Shown: one piece after another, positions 13,215-26,404 of the stretch
Layout: each line of letters starts with the position of its first letter
How positions within the stretch are numbered: position 1 is the first letter of the stretch
Origin: Camelus ferus
Taxonomy: Eukaryota
DNA length: 64,000 nt
Direction: 5' to 3'
Assembly (NCBI RefSeq): GCF_009834535.1
Contig: NC_045711.1
Span: 1,426,001 to 1,490,000, forward strand
Made by a program: the position numbers and the translations under genes
Notes under the pieces: generated by a model
What the model was told of the DNA's origin: nothing
Databases searched by the model: none
Seen by the model: the letters and a program-made list of their open reading frames with translations, nothing else

Positions 13215-13294
13215 GAACTTTGGTTGTTAAAGAGAGCTGGAAGGTTCTCAAGGCAGGGAAATGCCAAGTTACAGAAGAAAGGGAAAACGCTTAG

Positions 13295-13410
13295 CTGCAC
13301 TACCCAAAGTGTGGTCCACAGACCAGCAGTATTGGCATCACTTGGAGCTTTTTAGAAATGCAGAATCTCAGGCCCCACCCCAGACCTGCCAACTCAGAAT
13401 CTGCTCTAAG
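13295..13410. mobile_element. MER5A-like DNA transposon remnant
   Basis: caaagtgtggtccacagaccagcag...tagaaatgcagaatctcaggccccaccccagacct. Confidence 0.8.
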
Positions 13411-14196
13411 ATTTAAATAAGAATATGCACACTGTATGCACAAGCAACACTGGTTTACTCTAGGACACCTCTCATTTTAAGGGAGGCAGGTTTAACCAAC
13501 AGATGACAGGACTGTATGTCTACATTCTAACAGTAAAGGGTGAACTAACAGTACAGAGGTCCTTGCAGGGACTGTCTAGCACAGCTCCAAATTATCTCAG
13601 TCCCTAAAGTTGAATTGGAGAGATCATGGATTTGCAGCCTTTCAATCTGTCTGCTGCCAAAGGGCTCCAGGAAAAAAGCCTCGGTGGGCTCATCCCTGTG
13701 TGCCTTCATCTTCCTCTGGGTCCTGTCTTGTCAGTTCTCCCCCACCCCTTTTTTTTCAATAGCTCTGTAATATGTTTAAGAATATATTTTAAATATTTTG
13801 CCCAGCTTTTATAATTGTCCTCAGAGGAAGGCTAGCTTGGCACTGTGAGAAGTGGAAGTCGGTTTGACTCCTTATGTTTTGCATGAGAACTGACAGGTCC
13901 CTTCCCCCATCCCCAGGGACTTGAAATTTCACAATGATTGCCTTGGGGTGGACCTACTTTAATCCATTGTGCTTTGAATCTGCTATTTTACTCAGTTATG
14001 GAAAAATTTAAAAACTGTTACCATGATAATTTTTCTGCTCCCCAGTCTCTAGGAAATTTTTATTAGTCACATGTTGAAACTTCTGGTCCTCCTTCAAAGT
14101 ATCTTTCTCTTCTCCTTTCCATCATTTTTTCCCTTTTCTTCCTACTGTCTGGGAAATTTCCTCAACTTTATTTTCCAGTCCTTCTTTTGATTAAAT

Positions 14197-14841
14197 TGTC
14201 GCCAATAGGTGCAACTGGTGTTCCAGGTTCTTGTCCCGTCCCAGAAAGAATTCAGAGACAAGACTTAGAGGTTAAAAAGTTAAAGTGAGGATTTATTAAA
14301 GGATGGATGGTACACTCTCAGGGGAGAGCGGGCAGGCTTAGGTAAGCAGCTGCCCTGAGTTTCTTTGGCAAGTTAGTTACATAGGGTGTAAAAATGAATG
14401 GGCGGAATATTCACTGGGGAGGGAAGGGTTTGGGATCGTATTCCCTGGTTTTCATCCCAACTCCACCTTCCCGAAGGGAGGAGGGATTTTTGTCCTTATT
14501 TAGTCTGGATCAGAAGAGTCATGGAGTCGGTGCATGATGGGTAATTCTGATCTGCAAGGCTAATTTTATTGAAATGAGGGCATAATGAGTAAAAGGTTAC
14601 ATTTGGACACTGGAAATTCCTGCCTTTTCTGACCTCTCTTTGTTGGTTTCCAGGCCAAAAGGTGTGGTCCCTTATCAGCCCAAAGATTCCAGCTTTTCTT
14701 TCTCTTCCCAGGGATCCCTGCTGCTCACATGATGTGTGGTTTCCTGCATTTGGCCTGTGCACCTCCTTTCTGCCCAATTTCTGCCATTTGGTCTGTGTCC
14801 CTCTTTCTCTGCTCATATCTAGCTATCTGCCTGCTCTAACA
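14197..14841 (-). mobile_element. ERV1 solo LTR, 645 bp, with perfect TSD
   Basis: TG(14197)...CA(14841), 4-bp TSD AAAT on both sides, tttatt near 14293 = minus-strand poly(A) signal. Confidence 0.9.
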
Positions 14842-17231
14842 AAATGAATTTCTGTGATCCTATTTTTCATTTTCAGGAGCTCTTTTCTGGAATCTGACTG
14901 TTCCTTTTTATGGTCTCGTTTTATTTCATGAGTTCAAAATCTTCATTTTCAAAGGATATTTATTATGATTTCCTTTTTCTTCTGCTCCCTATGTTACTTC
15001 TTTTTGTTTATTCTGCATGCTGCTCCGCCTTTTTGCTCTCACTTTTGATCTTGTGATTGCCCTTTCTCACATGATTTTGGCTGTCCTCATTATTTAAGGA
15101 AGAGGCTCTAAAAAAGATAATTGAAAGTTCTGTGACAGGGTGAGGCTTGTGGGCCAATAGATGTGAATAGGCTACTTAACTGGTTGATCTCTAGCTATTG
15201 GTGAATGATTTTTTTTTTTAAATCTTACACTGGCTCTTATTAATTACCTTCCTGAGGAGAATCCTCTAATGACTTGCCTTTTCATTCCACTGAATTTATC
15301 ATCCTATCCACAGCAGCACCGTGGCTTCCTTCCTTCTTTCCATCCTTCCAAAATCTCCCTTCTACCTGTCTCCTCAATTCCATCCTCCCTTGCCTCACTT
15401 TTATGGACTTTTCACTCTTCTTGTGAAGAATGGGTATACCATTTTTCTTCAGCCCATTTGAGGATGAGGCCAAAAAAGAGAAAGGCAGTTCTAAGAGGCA
15501 GAGAGAAATTGAGTCATGGAGACTTTGATCCCCTGGACCACTGACAAGCTTTCTCCTCATGGTGGCAAGATGGATGCTGGAGCAGCTCATCCCATATACT
15601 CTCTTGGGAGACAAGGAATTTTCACTCCATGTGGCTCAGCATGAGGTCTGGGATTCACCCTGGTTGGACCAACCTGGGTTACATGAACTTCCCTAAAACT
15701 ATAACCTTGGATGAAAAAGACACTGGTTGGCCTGGGGTGCAGCCTCATCCAAGACCCAAGAACTGGAAATCCGTGAGATACCCAAGGGGAATCAGAATGT
15801 GGTTATGTACAGTATTTGAGGGATTTGGGGATTCATCAAGAAAAAAAAAGATATAACCACAAGGTGGCAGTCGCAGGTATGAGCTTGATTGTGTGAAGCT
15901 TTGACAGGTTTGCATGCAGGGTCATCTCTTACAGCCAGAAACTGGTCAGAGGCTACTGCACCAGCCCTGGGATTGCTACCCAGAAGGAGAAGGGAGAACT
16001 CCCAAAGGAGAGAGGAATTCAAGAAGAGACTTTTGTCTAGGTAATGTTTCTTAGCAGCACAGTAAGGAGTTTCTAGGTCAGAGAGCTCTGAGGAGCAGCG
16101 GTGGCTTGGGTCCTATAACCACAAGGCTATCTTAGGTACGCTTGGCAGCTGTTGGGTGAGATGAGGTTTTGCCTGGTTTGCAAAGCTAGCAGGCTCAAAA
16201 TGGCAGAAAATCTCCTCTTGGGGCTATTTTAAAAAATATTTGAGTGTGTAAAAATTTGAGTTTGATGTGTGAGGCTTTTGAGCTGACAGGTCTCAGCCTA
16301 AAGTGAAGACATAAACCACCCAGGGGCCAATACACAGAGGCCATATCTGGCTCAGTTATACAACAAGTTACTAAAATCAGGGGCAACACCAAGCAGCCAA
16401 AAATCAAGTTGTGTATGTATTGATATGCCAAGATTGCCTACATATTGTTGAATGGAAAAACAAAACAATACAACAAGGGGAAGAACACTAAGATATATTT
16501 TCAGTCATGCATTAGGATGAGAAAAGGTCCCTGGACAAAGTCGGATCACAAACCTCCCTTTTGATTAGATAGGCTGCCATTGGTGACAGGAGAGAGTTTC
16601 AAGTGCTGGTTGGGGCTTGGTTCCCTGAACCAATCAAAAGGCAAGGGGGTGGGTGAGTAGGGACTTATTTTCTGCCAAAGCGTATGCCCTGCATCAGGGT
16701 GGGTGAGTCATGATGAAAATTAGACTACTGTTAAGAAGGGGAGATGGGCGATACAGGCTGAGCAAACTTTGACCAAATGAACACTATGGTGTCCAACACA
16801 GTGCTGACAGCCCTGCATGTACTCTTTCCAAACTCTTTATCCCCTTTGTCTCCCTAGAAGTCAAATTGTTGAGTTTGTGTCTTAGTTTCCCTCATAACAC
16901 GGGATTGGAAGGCAGAAAAGACCCATGTTTTCTATTAATTTTTATCTGTCATGCATGGCAGTAATGAAAGCAAGAAGAAGCATATTAATACCTTAGCATT
17001 CTCCAAAGTAAATCATTGGGTAGGGTAAAGTGAGCCTATTTTGGCCAATAAGTCACATTCTTACTGGCTTAGCATTAAATTTTCATATAAGGAAGCATGA
17101 GCTTTGCTTTCTGGGACCTAAATGATCAGTTGGGGTTTGGAGATGAAAAGAGCAATGCAAGTAGACACAGATGTCAGAAAACATGTCTGTAGTTTAACCC
17201 AGGGTCAGTCTCTAGTTGTTTGTATAATTAT

Positions 17232-17570
17232 GGTTGACTTCAAACAAATAGATTCCCAGATATTTCTCCAGCTAAGACAGGTTTATTTGGAATCAACAGA
17301 GAATTGCAATTCGGGATCTGCAACTATGGTACGCCATGTGCTAAAAGCCCCTCAGGACAAGGGAAGGAGAAGGCTTTCATAGAGGGGAGAAGGGAGCTTG
17401 GGAGGGCTGTAATAAACAAAGAGTCTGTGCTTTTCATTGGCTGAGTCCTTGCCAGGAAAAAAGAGGAGTCTTTCCTCTTTCTATTGGGCTCTGCTATCAG
17501 CTCAGTGCATGAGAGCTCCCCTGTCTGGTTTCCTAACTCTAATTGAGGTTTCTTTCAATAATTTTTTACA
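17232..17570 (-). mobile_element. ERV1-type solo LTR with TSD
   Basis: Homologous to 11909-12228 (shared ttcattggctgagtccttgccagg). 4-bp TSD TTAT at 17228-17231 and 17571-17574. Confidence 0.8.
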
Positions 17571-18339
17571 TTATCTTCACATAGGATGTAGAACACAATC
17601 AAAGGGGTGGAGTTCAAACTGGCTTTTCCGAGGAGGAGGTGAGTTGGGGGGTTAGGGTACGAGTGAGGAGGAATATAGCATGTGTTCATTTGTAAATATT
17701 TATTGTTGGCTGCCGTGTGCTGGGTTCTGGGGAAGTTTTAAGAAATAATACATAAATTCTTGATCTTGGGGAGAACTCCGTCTAGTCTAGGAGGAGGAAG
17801 AGTTAAGAGGACATTTCAAGTATGAACACAGCTAAACTGAGTCTGGTCTCCCAGAAAGTCTAATACTTTGGATATATATTCAAATTGATAAGTCTTTATG
17901 CATTTATTTACATTTTACTTACTGTGGAGTGCAGAATGGCTTTTCAGTGAATACAAACTGCATTTCTCTTTCCCTTGGATACCATCAATAAATTTATTTC
18001 TTGTACTGAGTATACTAGTTAATAAAATAAAATGCTCTTTTATTTCATTTTTTGCTTCTCAAATTAGAAATGATTAAAAATAATTAATATTTGTGATGAT
18101 ATGGTCAAATAGACTGGATCATTTTTAAATGGAGACTAAGCTGTCACCTTTCTGTTGGTAAATAGTTTAACAATATTTATTGAGTCCTAAAATACTCATA
18201 TCTCGTATCAAAATAACCACTTCATAAAAAAAATCCACTTCGTAATAGTATAAAAACTATTATATATTTAGAAAAATCAACAGAAATGTGGAAACTCTCA
18301 TTTTTTAAAACCTTCAAAATTCTCCTTTAGAAATAACAG

Positions 18340-18960
18340 TTGAATAAGTGGACAGGCCATACCATGTCCCTACCTGGAAAGATCTAATATTGTAGAGCTG
18401 CCAATCATCCCCAAATTATCTATAAACTCAACACATTCTAATTAAAATCCCAGTGGTGGACAATTCCAATAAGAAAAGTGATTGCACAGTTAAACTGGAA
18501 GAGGAAACACGTGAAACTAATCAAGTACATTTGGGAGGAAAGAGAGTAATTAGCATGTGATGTGAGAATGTGGTTTCCATTCACATAAGACGTGGATACA
18601 GATTCTAAAGCTACAGCTATTGAAATGTGGCAAAAATACAGAATAGTGTACCAGAATATAAAGTTCAGAAGCAGAAATAAGTGTACAAGGGTACAAACAC
18701 ATTAACTATTTGACAAAAGGATTCTTCAAGTTATTGGGAACAGTTGTGGGAACACAATACCTAGAGTTGGTTAAGGTTAGGAAAGTGGCCCTTTCACACT
18801 GAGTTGGCAGAAAGTCTAATGGTAAAATCCGTCTTGTTGATAATTTAGCAAGATTCATGAAAGTGTTGAAAATATGTACATGCTTATGGTCCATTCAAGG
18901 AAATAACTATACAAAGAGATATAAAAGCTTTGCATTTAATAGGGGAAAACAGGAAACAAT
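18340..18960 (+). mobile_element. Old L1 (L1M-type) ORF2 3' fragments
   Basis: ccatgtccctacctggaaagatctaatattgtagag...cccaaattatctataaactcaacacattc, degenerate L1 ORF2. Confidence 0.6.
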
Positions 18961-18999
18961 ATAAAGGGTCAAGATAGGGTTGATTAAGGAATTCCTGAT

Positions 19000-19274
19000 G
19001 CAGTTATAAAATGATATAACCATTATAAACAACGAAGCAGGCACATTTATTTAATATAGGATTGAGAAAAACCAGGCTGTGATGGGAGGAGGAGGGAAGA
19101 ACGGGAGAGCTTTGGGGTATGAAGAAGAGAGGAATAACACAATGCCAAAAGTCAGACAAAAAGTGAAGAAATGGAGGCCAGTGTTTGCAAGGAGGCTGAG
19201 GCTCATGCCCAGACAGTCTCGTTTTGAACACACCTTCCCCCTACCCACAACTTTCCTAATGAGTCTTGTTAACA
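19000..19274 (-). mobile_element. Short LTR-like element
   Basis: Reverse complement begins TGTTAACAAGACTCATTAGGAAAG, with tttatt near 19046. No clear TSD. Confidence 0.4.
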
Positions 19275-19901
19275 ACACCATTGAATCCATCCATCACTAA
19301 TTGGCCTCCTCCAGCCTCTTCTCTGAGGTCTGGTTTCTTTCTCACTAAAGGGCCAAAAAGAAAGCAAATCTTTTCTGGGAGTCCCTTCCCTCTGGCCTTA
19401 TTAGCAGAGATGCAGAAGGCAATCAGCAAGTCCCCCGTCTCCCCTCAGCCCCTAGGCCACATGGTCGTGAACTCTCACTGGGGAGCTAATTAGAGGATTC
19501 TGTTTGTGGAACTTGCAAGGACCTCATTCCCATCCTGGCCCTGGCTGTCTCAGTGGGAAACTTTGTTAGAAAGGTTGCTGGATGAGTGTGCCTCCCGAGG
19601 CCCTGCCGAGCTGGAGAAGTTGGTGAAGTTTGTCAATTAGTTGCCTCTTGTCTAACAGACAAAAGATGCTGAAGTGTCTGGGGACCCAAGAGGTTAATCA
19701 TGCTCCCTCCCAGTGTCCACTGCGGGGCAGGGCAGCAGCTTCTACAGGTCTGAGTCCTTCACAAGCTCACTCAAGGGAAGTGAGGGCCAAGGTGGTACAG
19801 AGGGCATAATGCTGGCTGGGGAAGGCTGGGGTTTGCGGGCAGTAAATTCCTACTCTGGGCCTTATTGGAGAGGCCACAAATGCCAGAAATACAGCAACTC
19901 C

Positions 19902-20410
19902 TGTAATAGAGGCAGGCGAATCTGACTCCACGTTGGATCTGTTCCTTTAGTTTTAACCACTGCGCCCTGCTTTCTAGGCTTAGTATTGCTGGCTCGGCAC
20001 CTTTTGTGAAACCTTTTGTTGCCTTTAGCCTGAAATACACAGGAGAGCCTATTCTCGGGGCTCTGACTTTTAAGGATGTTAGCACTTCTGCACTTATGTG
20101 GAGATGGCAAGTTGCAAAATACAGAATAACCTTTGTTTTATTGGAGGTTTACAGGGAGACCATGGTCTGACCCACATGAATGCCTGCAGGCAGAAGTTTC
20201 CAACAACCAACCACACCCCTCCCTTGTTTTTTGTGTAAAAGGAGCCTGTATTCTGACTAGAGCAGGATGGTTCTCCAAGGCATTAGTCTGCCATCCTCTC
20301 GGTCTGCTTTCGGCTTTCCAAATAAAGTCGCTATTCCTTGCCCCAACACTTCGTCTCCCTATTCATTGGCCTGTCGAGTGGCGAGCAGAACGGGTTTGGA
20401 CTCAGCAACA
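19902..20410 (+). mobile_element. ERV1 solo LTR, 509 bp, with perfect TSD
   Basis: TGTAATAGAG...CAGCAACA, AATAAA near 20321, 4-bp TSD CTCC on both sides. Confidence 0.9.
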
Positions 20411-20519
20411 CTCCTACCCAAAGCCCAATGGAATTTTAACATCTTCTGCATTGGGCTTGTCAGCTCACCAATTCTGTATTTCAATTCATTTAACCCTCAG
20501 AAGAATCATCTGAAGTGCC

Positions 20520-20640
20520 TGTTATGATTCCCATTTCATAGATGAGAAAACTGGGGCCCACAGAGAGGAACTGACCTGTCCAGGGTCACACAGCTAACAA
20601 GTACAGTGTTAGCTCAGAGGCCAGGCCTCCCAGCTTCTCA
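20520..20640 (-). mobile_element. MIR SINE
   Basis: cccatttcatagatgagaaaactgggg...ctgacctgtccagggtcacacagcta. Confidence 0.8.
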
Positions 20641-22041
20641 GCCTGATGCTGTCTTCACTTGACCACAGCTGATTTAATGCAACAAGGAGCCTGGACTTCT
20701 CAGCTTGCTTCATAGTTGCTTTTCCTTATATCCTGGCCTGGACAACTGTCTGTAAATACCAAAGAAAGGTCTGAAGTCTTTTAGGGCCCAGTAGCATTAT
20801 ATCCTCAGATCCTACAGACATCAACTCCCAAAAGGTTAGTTATTTTTTGGCTGCTGTTCCGAGATTCCATCCCAAGCTCACTTCTTTCAGTTTCAGTAAT
20901 TACCGCCTCTTAGGCCGGCACATATCTGCCTGGCCCACTGCTCCCATCTCGGCATCTCTCCAGTTGCTGCAGCCCAAGAATCAGCTTTTACTCATCAGAG
21001 ATCCACTGCACATGATGGTTCCTGGGCTTATCCTCCTGCTCTCAGCCTTGTTGCCTGTCCATTTAATTGCCCACAGTCCCTTATTTCCCCCAGCCTTGGG
21101 CATCCTGTGGGGGTCTGAGTATTTGTTATGTAGTAAGTGAATGAAAAAAGCCCAAGATATATGGAAGGGACTAATTCTACAGATAAAGGAATTGATGCTT
21201 AGAAAGTTCATGTAGACTTAAGCAGAAGAGGCTGAGTCAGAACCCAGGTCTCCAGCTGTCCTATCTAAGGCTCTCTTCACCCAACTGTGCTGCCTTTTCC
21301 ATTTCTGAGCCTCACTGTACTGAGAGTATCGCTCTGTTTAGTTTAGAATTCTTTGGTGATTTACTACAGGACTGATAACATCTGGAACAAGTTTCTTTGG
21401 GTATGAACTGTCTGAAGTCAAGGTGTCTGGACCAAAATATCTCTAGAAGGTTCTTTTAGCACCAGGAGGCCATGAGCCTATGTCTGTGGCACAGGGAATT
21501 GCAAAAAGTCTACCTCAGTCCCCACCAAGATTAGTCACTACCTTCGACTGAAGTTACATAAAGAGATTCAAAACTAGGCAGCAGTGCAAGGGTGTTGGGG
21601 GTGGGGTGTTGGTGCTGGTGCAGGATAAGGGTTGGCATGGAATGGAGGGTGAAATCTGAATTTTCAGGGCCAAGAAATGGGCAAGGGGGAAAAGACCCAA
21701 TGGGAGTATTTTCTTAGGGTAGAGATGGTTTGGTTTGTCTCTTAACCCAGAAAAGGAGGCATGATCAAGATGACAGATAACCACTTCCTGTCTCTCCAAA
21801 GCCTCTGAATCTTGATCAAGTGAACCCAGTGGACTTACATTGGATTGACAAGCCAACTTACTATTCTTCTCAAAGATGAGGATGACAGAGGACACTTTGA
21901 AGGCTGGAGAGAAAACACTACAGTCAACTAATTTTGCTCCCCTCCCACCATTCATCAATAGCACTTATTAAAATTTATTTTTTGTTTTTTTTTTAATTAT
22001 AGAATTCAGTGAGAAACTTCAAATAAAAGTAAATGGAGTAG

Positions 22042-22330
22042 GCCTATCAGAAGCTCTGGAACAGTCTTAGAATCACAGTTCGACTGCCCAGAGTGTTTTA
22101 ATAATACTTTTTTTGGCAAGAAGGACTATAAATGGTTAAGCATGAATAGAATCTAGTTTAATTTTCATAGTGGGAAATATTTTTATTCTTGAGTCCTCCG
22201 GGAATGGATTTTCCTGTTTATGTCCAGTATCTTAAAAAACAAAACAAAACAACAAACAAAACTCTGCAAACTCCATTAGTTTTCTATGGGATCTAGAAAT
22301 AAACTTTCGGTATCTATTTAAAAAAAAAAG
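22042..22330 (+). mobile_element. L1-mediated retroposed fragment (orphan mRNA 3' end or 3' transduction)
   Basis: Direct repeat agtaaatggagtag at 22028-22041 and 22331-22344. AATAAA at 22298-22303, then A10 at 22320-22329. Left flank aat|aaaag resembles an L1 endonuclease site. Confidence 0.7.
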
Positions 22331-23069
22331 AGTAAATGGAGTAGAAATGGAAGGTCCTTCTTTATTTCCCATCCCTCTCCCCAGTCCTAGTCCCCTCTGC
22401 AAAGGAAATCACCGTCTAAAATTTGGGGGTTGTTCCCCAGGATTTTCTCACCCCCTGCACATATACGTGTCACATTATCACCACTTCCTAAATCTGGCAG
22501 TATGTGCTACACATCTTCTCATGTCATTCAGTCCTCTTTTTAAACAAAAATATGCTTTTTATTTAAATTATTTACACCGCACATGAATGACTCATATTGA
22601 CAAAGCAGAGGTAAAAACAGTTCACTTCAGAATACCACTTAAAGAAAGACAAACACTTTATCATAACTTATGATCACTGATTTATTATTATTTTCCCACC
22701 TGTGTAACGTGCTCCAAGTTGAATGAATTCCAGTCTTGGGTGTGACAGGATTTTGCATCCTGGGGCTCCGTTCAGCTTTTGCTAATTAAATATTCTCTTT
22801 CAAGTCTTTGCAAGAAGGAGACATTTTTTCCCCAGAACTAACTTCAGGCAGTTTCTCTCAGTTTTAGGGAGAAATGGCATTACAGTTCACAGATAAAATC
22901 AGGAAACTCCTTCCTGTTATGTCAATCTCAATGACTATTTCTTCTAAAGAAAGCTTTACTTTTTTTTTCCTTTTCCATTCATATCTTTATAACTTGGATT
23001 TAGGGAATTTTGAAAACATCTAGGAGTTTCACTGACCTCCTATGTAGACTACACATTTCTTGTCATAGG

Positions 23070-23420
23070 TCATGCTTTCTATTATCAGTTAATCGATCCA
23101 CAAGGTTGCTTTATGCACTCAGCACTATGCTGTGTGTTTCGAGGACACGGGATAGTATAAAACATGGTCCCTGTCTTTAAGGAGCTTATAATCTGGCCAA
23201 GGAGAGCAAAAGAAATTGCAAAGAATACAAAGAAGATTATGACGGTGTCTTACCGCTCAGCCCCACTGTTTCAGAGGAGATCATGAACAGTGAATAGAAG
23301 TGAAGGGATGTAGTGGTCACCTGACTAGGAAAAGCCCTGGCTGAATCTGAGAGGATGTGGCTAAGAGAGAAAGACTGAGGGAAGGAGGCCAGGAAAAAAT
23401 GATGGAGGGCCGTGCGCCCC
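23070..23420 (-). mobile_element. L2 LINE fragment
   Basis: cagcactatgctg...catggtccctgtctttaaggagcttataatctgg, L2 3' region reversed. Confidence 0.6.
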
Positions 23421-24678
23421 CAGCGAAGGTCTGGATGTGATACAGTGGCCATCAGAAAGAAATGGGTGGGCTTTCAGGATGGAATGGCATGGGACAAACA
23501 TTGTCCCAGCGGTTAATGGGCAGTGTGAGCAGCCCTGAGTGCAGAAGGGGGCATGGCCCAGAGGGAGGGATGAATAGGGAGGCAGCTGTCTGCAGGGAGA
23601 CTCAAGAGAATGACTCTGGGTACCTCCGTTTGACTGAAGAATATTCTCAGACAACTTGCGGGTTCCATGCTGCCCTCCTCAGGCAGTTAGTAAGCAGGGA
23701 GGTAAGGTCACTCTTCTCAGACTTCTGACGTCTGAGCCAAGAAGTGTCTGAAATGGTTCACAGAAAAAATTCTAGGAATGGTCACAGCTGCACGTGAAAT
23801 CGACTATATTCTATTCACCATTCCTCTCTGGATTGCCTTAGTTTCACACTTTTGGTAAAATCTTGGTTTCTAGTACTGATTCACTGGTAAATACAAACAA
23901 TATCTTCCTCTGTTTCCCCTTCCTTCTCCAGCTTTACTAACTATCTATATGTATTAAACAGAATTCCCATTATAAAGCAGGGTACTTTGCTAAAACGTAC
24001 TATTCTGAATGCTTCTCGTGAAACGTATGTTGATACATCCTCAGGTTTTTGGTGGAGGTGTGGGAGAGTTAGCTCATGCAGTGACATGAAAAAGTGTGGT
24101 CCCCACGCATGATTAGTCAGGATGGGGACCCCGGTTTCAGGAACAGGTATTTGACAGTGTTGCTCTGAAGAGGATGCTGACAGGCACTCTGACAGGACCT
24201 GACAGCTCCCTGCTAGGCTATGTCAACCCCAACTTAATTTCACAATGCTAGGTTTATTTCCCGAAGAAGAATCTTTTAAAAACCAGACCCCACATTCTGG
24301 TACAAATATATTCTATCTTAAGAGGTGAGAGGAGGGCAAAATTTTACTTTAATTAAGATTTTAGATATACTTCAATTGAATAGTCATTAAATTAAAAAAA
24401 TACAAAATCATGGATTTGCGTCCCATTTCCTGACCCACGTTATAGTTTTCTCCCATATGTCTTTAATTCATCTTCTATCAGCTACCTAAATACTGTTTTT
24501 GCTGCACTTTAGCCTTTCTCCCCAGTTCAAGGCAAAACATATTCTACACTGGCCCCTACCGTCTCCGTTCCTTCCTCCTTAATCCACCCCTGAATAGTCC
24601 CCTGCCCACATCCAGGCCTTCAGCATAAGAAAGTGGGGGTGCTCAAGGAAGATGGTGCAGGTTGAAGCCACTGCCAGC

Positions 24679-25627
24679 TTACTCAGGGGGCCGCTTCCCC
24701 GTCAGCACCCTCCTCAGGGCGCCCTGCACATCAGGGTTCCGGAGGCTGTAGATGACTGGGTTCAGCATGGGGCTGAGGATAGTATTGAGGATGCCAATCC
24801 CTTTGTCCTTGTCTGATGCTGACACTGAGCCCAGACGCATGTAGCTGAAGAAGCCGGTTCCATAAAAGATGCAGACCACGGTGAGGTGGGAGCCACACGT
24901 GGAGAACGCCTTCTTCCTGCCCTCCGCTGAGCGGATTCGCAGGACAGCGGCTGCGACATGGGCGTAGGACACCGAGATGAGGATCATGGGTACCACCCCC
25001 ATGAAGGTGGCCCCCACAAAAAGCAGCTGCCCACTGAGGTGGATGCTGGAGCAGGAGAGCTGGAAAAGGGGCGGGAGGTCACAGTAGAAGTGATTGACCA
25101 CGTTAGGGCCACAGAAGTCCAGCACGGACACAGCCACCGTGTGATTCAGAGCATTGATGAAGGAGATGGTGCAGCAGAGGCCCACCAGGGCGCCCTGGAC
25201 TTCTCGGCTCATGCGGGCGCTGTAGGTGAGGGGCTGGCAGATGGCCAGGTAGCGGTCATAGGCCATGGCTGTCAAGAGGTGGCAGTCCACACCAGCCAGG
25301 AGGTGGAAAAAGAAGAGCTGTGAGAGGCAGGCTGCATAGGGAACTCTGCACTGCTGGGTCAGGAGACACGCCAGCATCGGAGGAACAGTGACAGTGATGC
25401 ACCCGATGTCCAGCAGAGACAGGTTCCCCAGGAAGTAGTACATGGGGGTGTGGAGTTTGGGCTCCACAAGGATGGTGGCCAGGATGCTGAAGTTGCCCCC
25501 GACCGTGATTACAAAGGCAAAGAGGAAGACAGGCGAAAAGGATGGGTTGCAGTCTTATGTTCTCTGTGAGGCCAAGAAGGATGAACTCAGTGACAGCGGT
25601 CCTGTTGTCCCAGGCACCTGGTTCCAT
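24679..25627 (-). pseudogene. OR3A-subfamily olfactory receptor with a single +1 frameshift (pseudogene or sequence error)
   Basis: ATG 25627-25625 ([20 protein letters not shown]). Extra base at 25532/25533 (TTC GC[C]T GTC TTC). Length 949 = 948+1. Otherwise intact to TGA, with [26 protein letters not shown] and PMLNPVIY. Confidence 0.9.
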
Positions 25628-26404
25628 AGGCCGCTGCTGAGAGCTGTGGTGGGAGAAGACTTGGAACTGCTGGAAGCGGGACAGAGACACACAGAGACAC
25701 GTCATCTGTGTCTACTGGATGCCAAGGTAACACGGCATGGGCACCTGTGGATGGAACGGACACCAGCTTAGAGCTGGAGCAGGATCCTGGAGGCCCCTAC
25801 GGAGCCAGACATGAACCCTCTCATTGCTGGTCATGCTGAGGTCCACGGGATCCCAGGGAAGAAGCTAGGGCAGAGGGAACTGCTCCGGGGGCTCAGGAGA
25901 GTGGCGGTTCACCAATGTAGGATGGAAGCGTTTCAGTGCTTAACAACTGTTAAGTTTGTATAAGTGTAGAGTGACTGACTAGCTCCACAGATAAGTGAAT
26001 GTCTGAGGTTCTAGGATGCACAATATAGGAGAGCAGCAAGATGAGGAAGGGTAGGAAGACAGGATCTGAGGAAATAAAAAGACATAAAAGAAGCTGAGTG
26101 AAGAGAGGAGCAAGGGGTGAAGCACAGGAGCACACAGAGGCACACAGGGAAGTCAGGGCGGCTTCGGGGAGGACACACAGTGACAGGCGTTCAGCCGTGC
26201 TCTCAGCAGAGGCTGCATCTCTCTCCTGGATACGTCTGTCCCCCCTGCCCCGCCCACCTCTCCAGTCGTCTCCCACCTTCCCTGTCTTTATGAGGTTCAG
26301 CTGACCCCTGGTCCTCTGGTCCAATTTGCCTTGAGTATTTCTGTCTCTTCACAAAGCCATACACCAGTTTCTCTCTCTAGATCTCTCTCTGTCTCTGTCT
26401 CTCT

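Noticed and set aside
11909-17570. Two related LTRs 5 kb apart as the ends of one provirus
   Set aside because: They have different TSDs (ggtt/agtt versus TTAT), are visibly diverged from each other, and the interval holds unrelated elements with no gag/pol.
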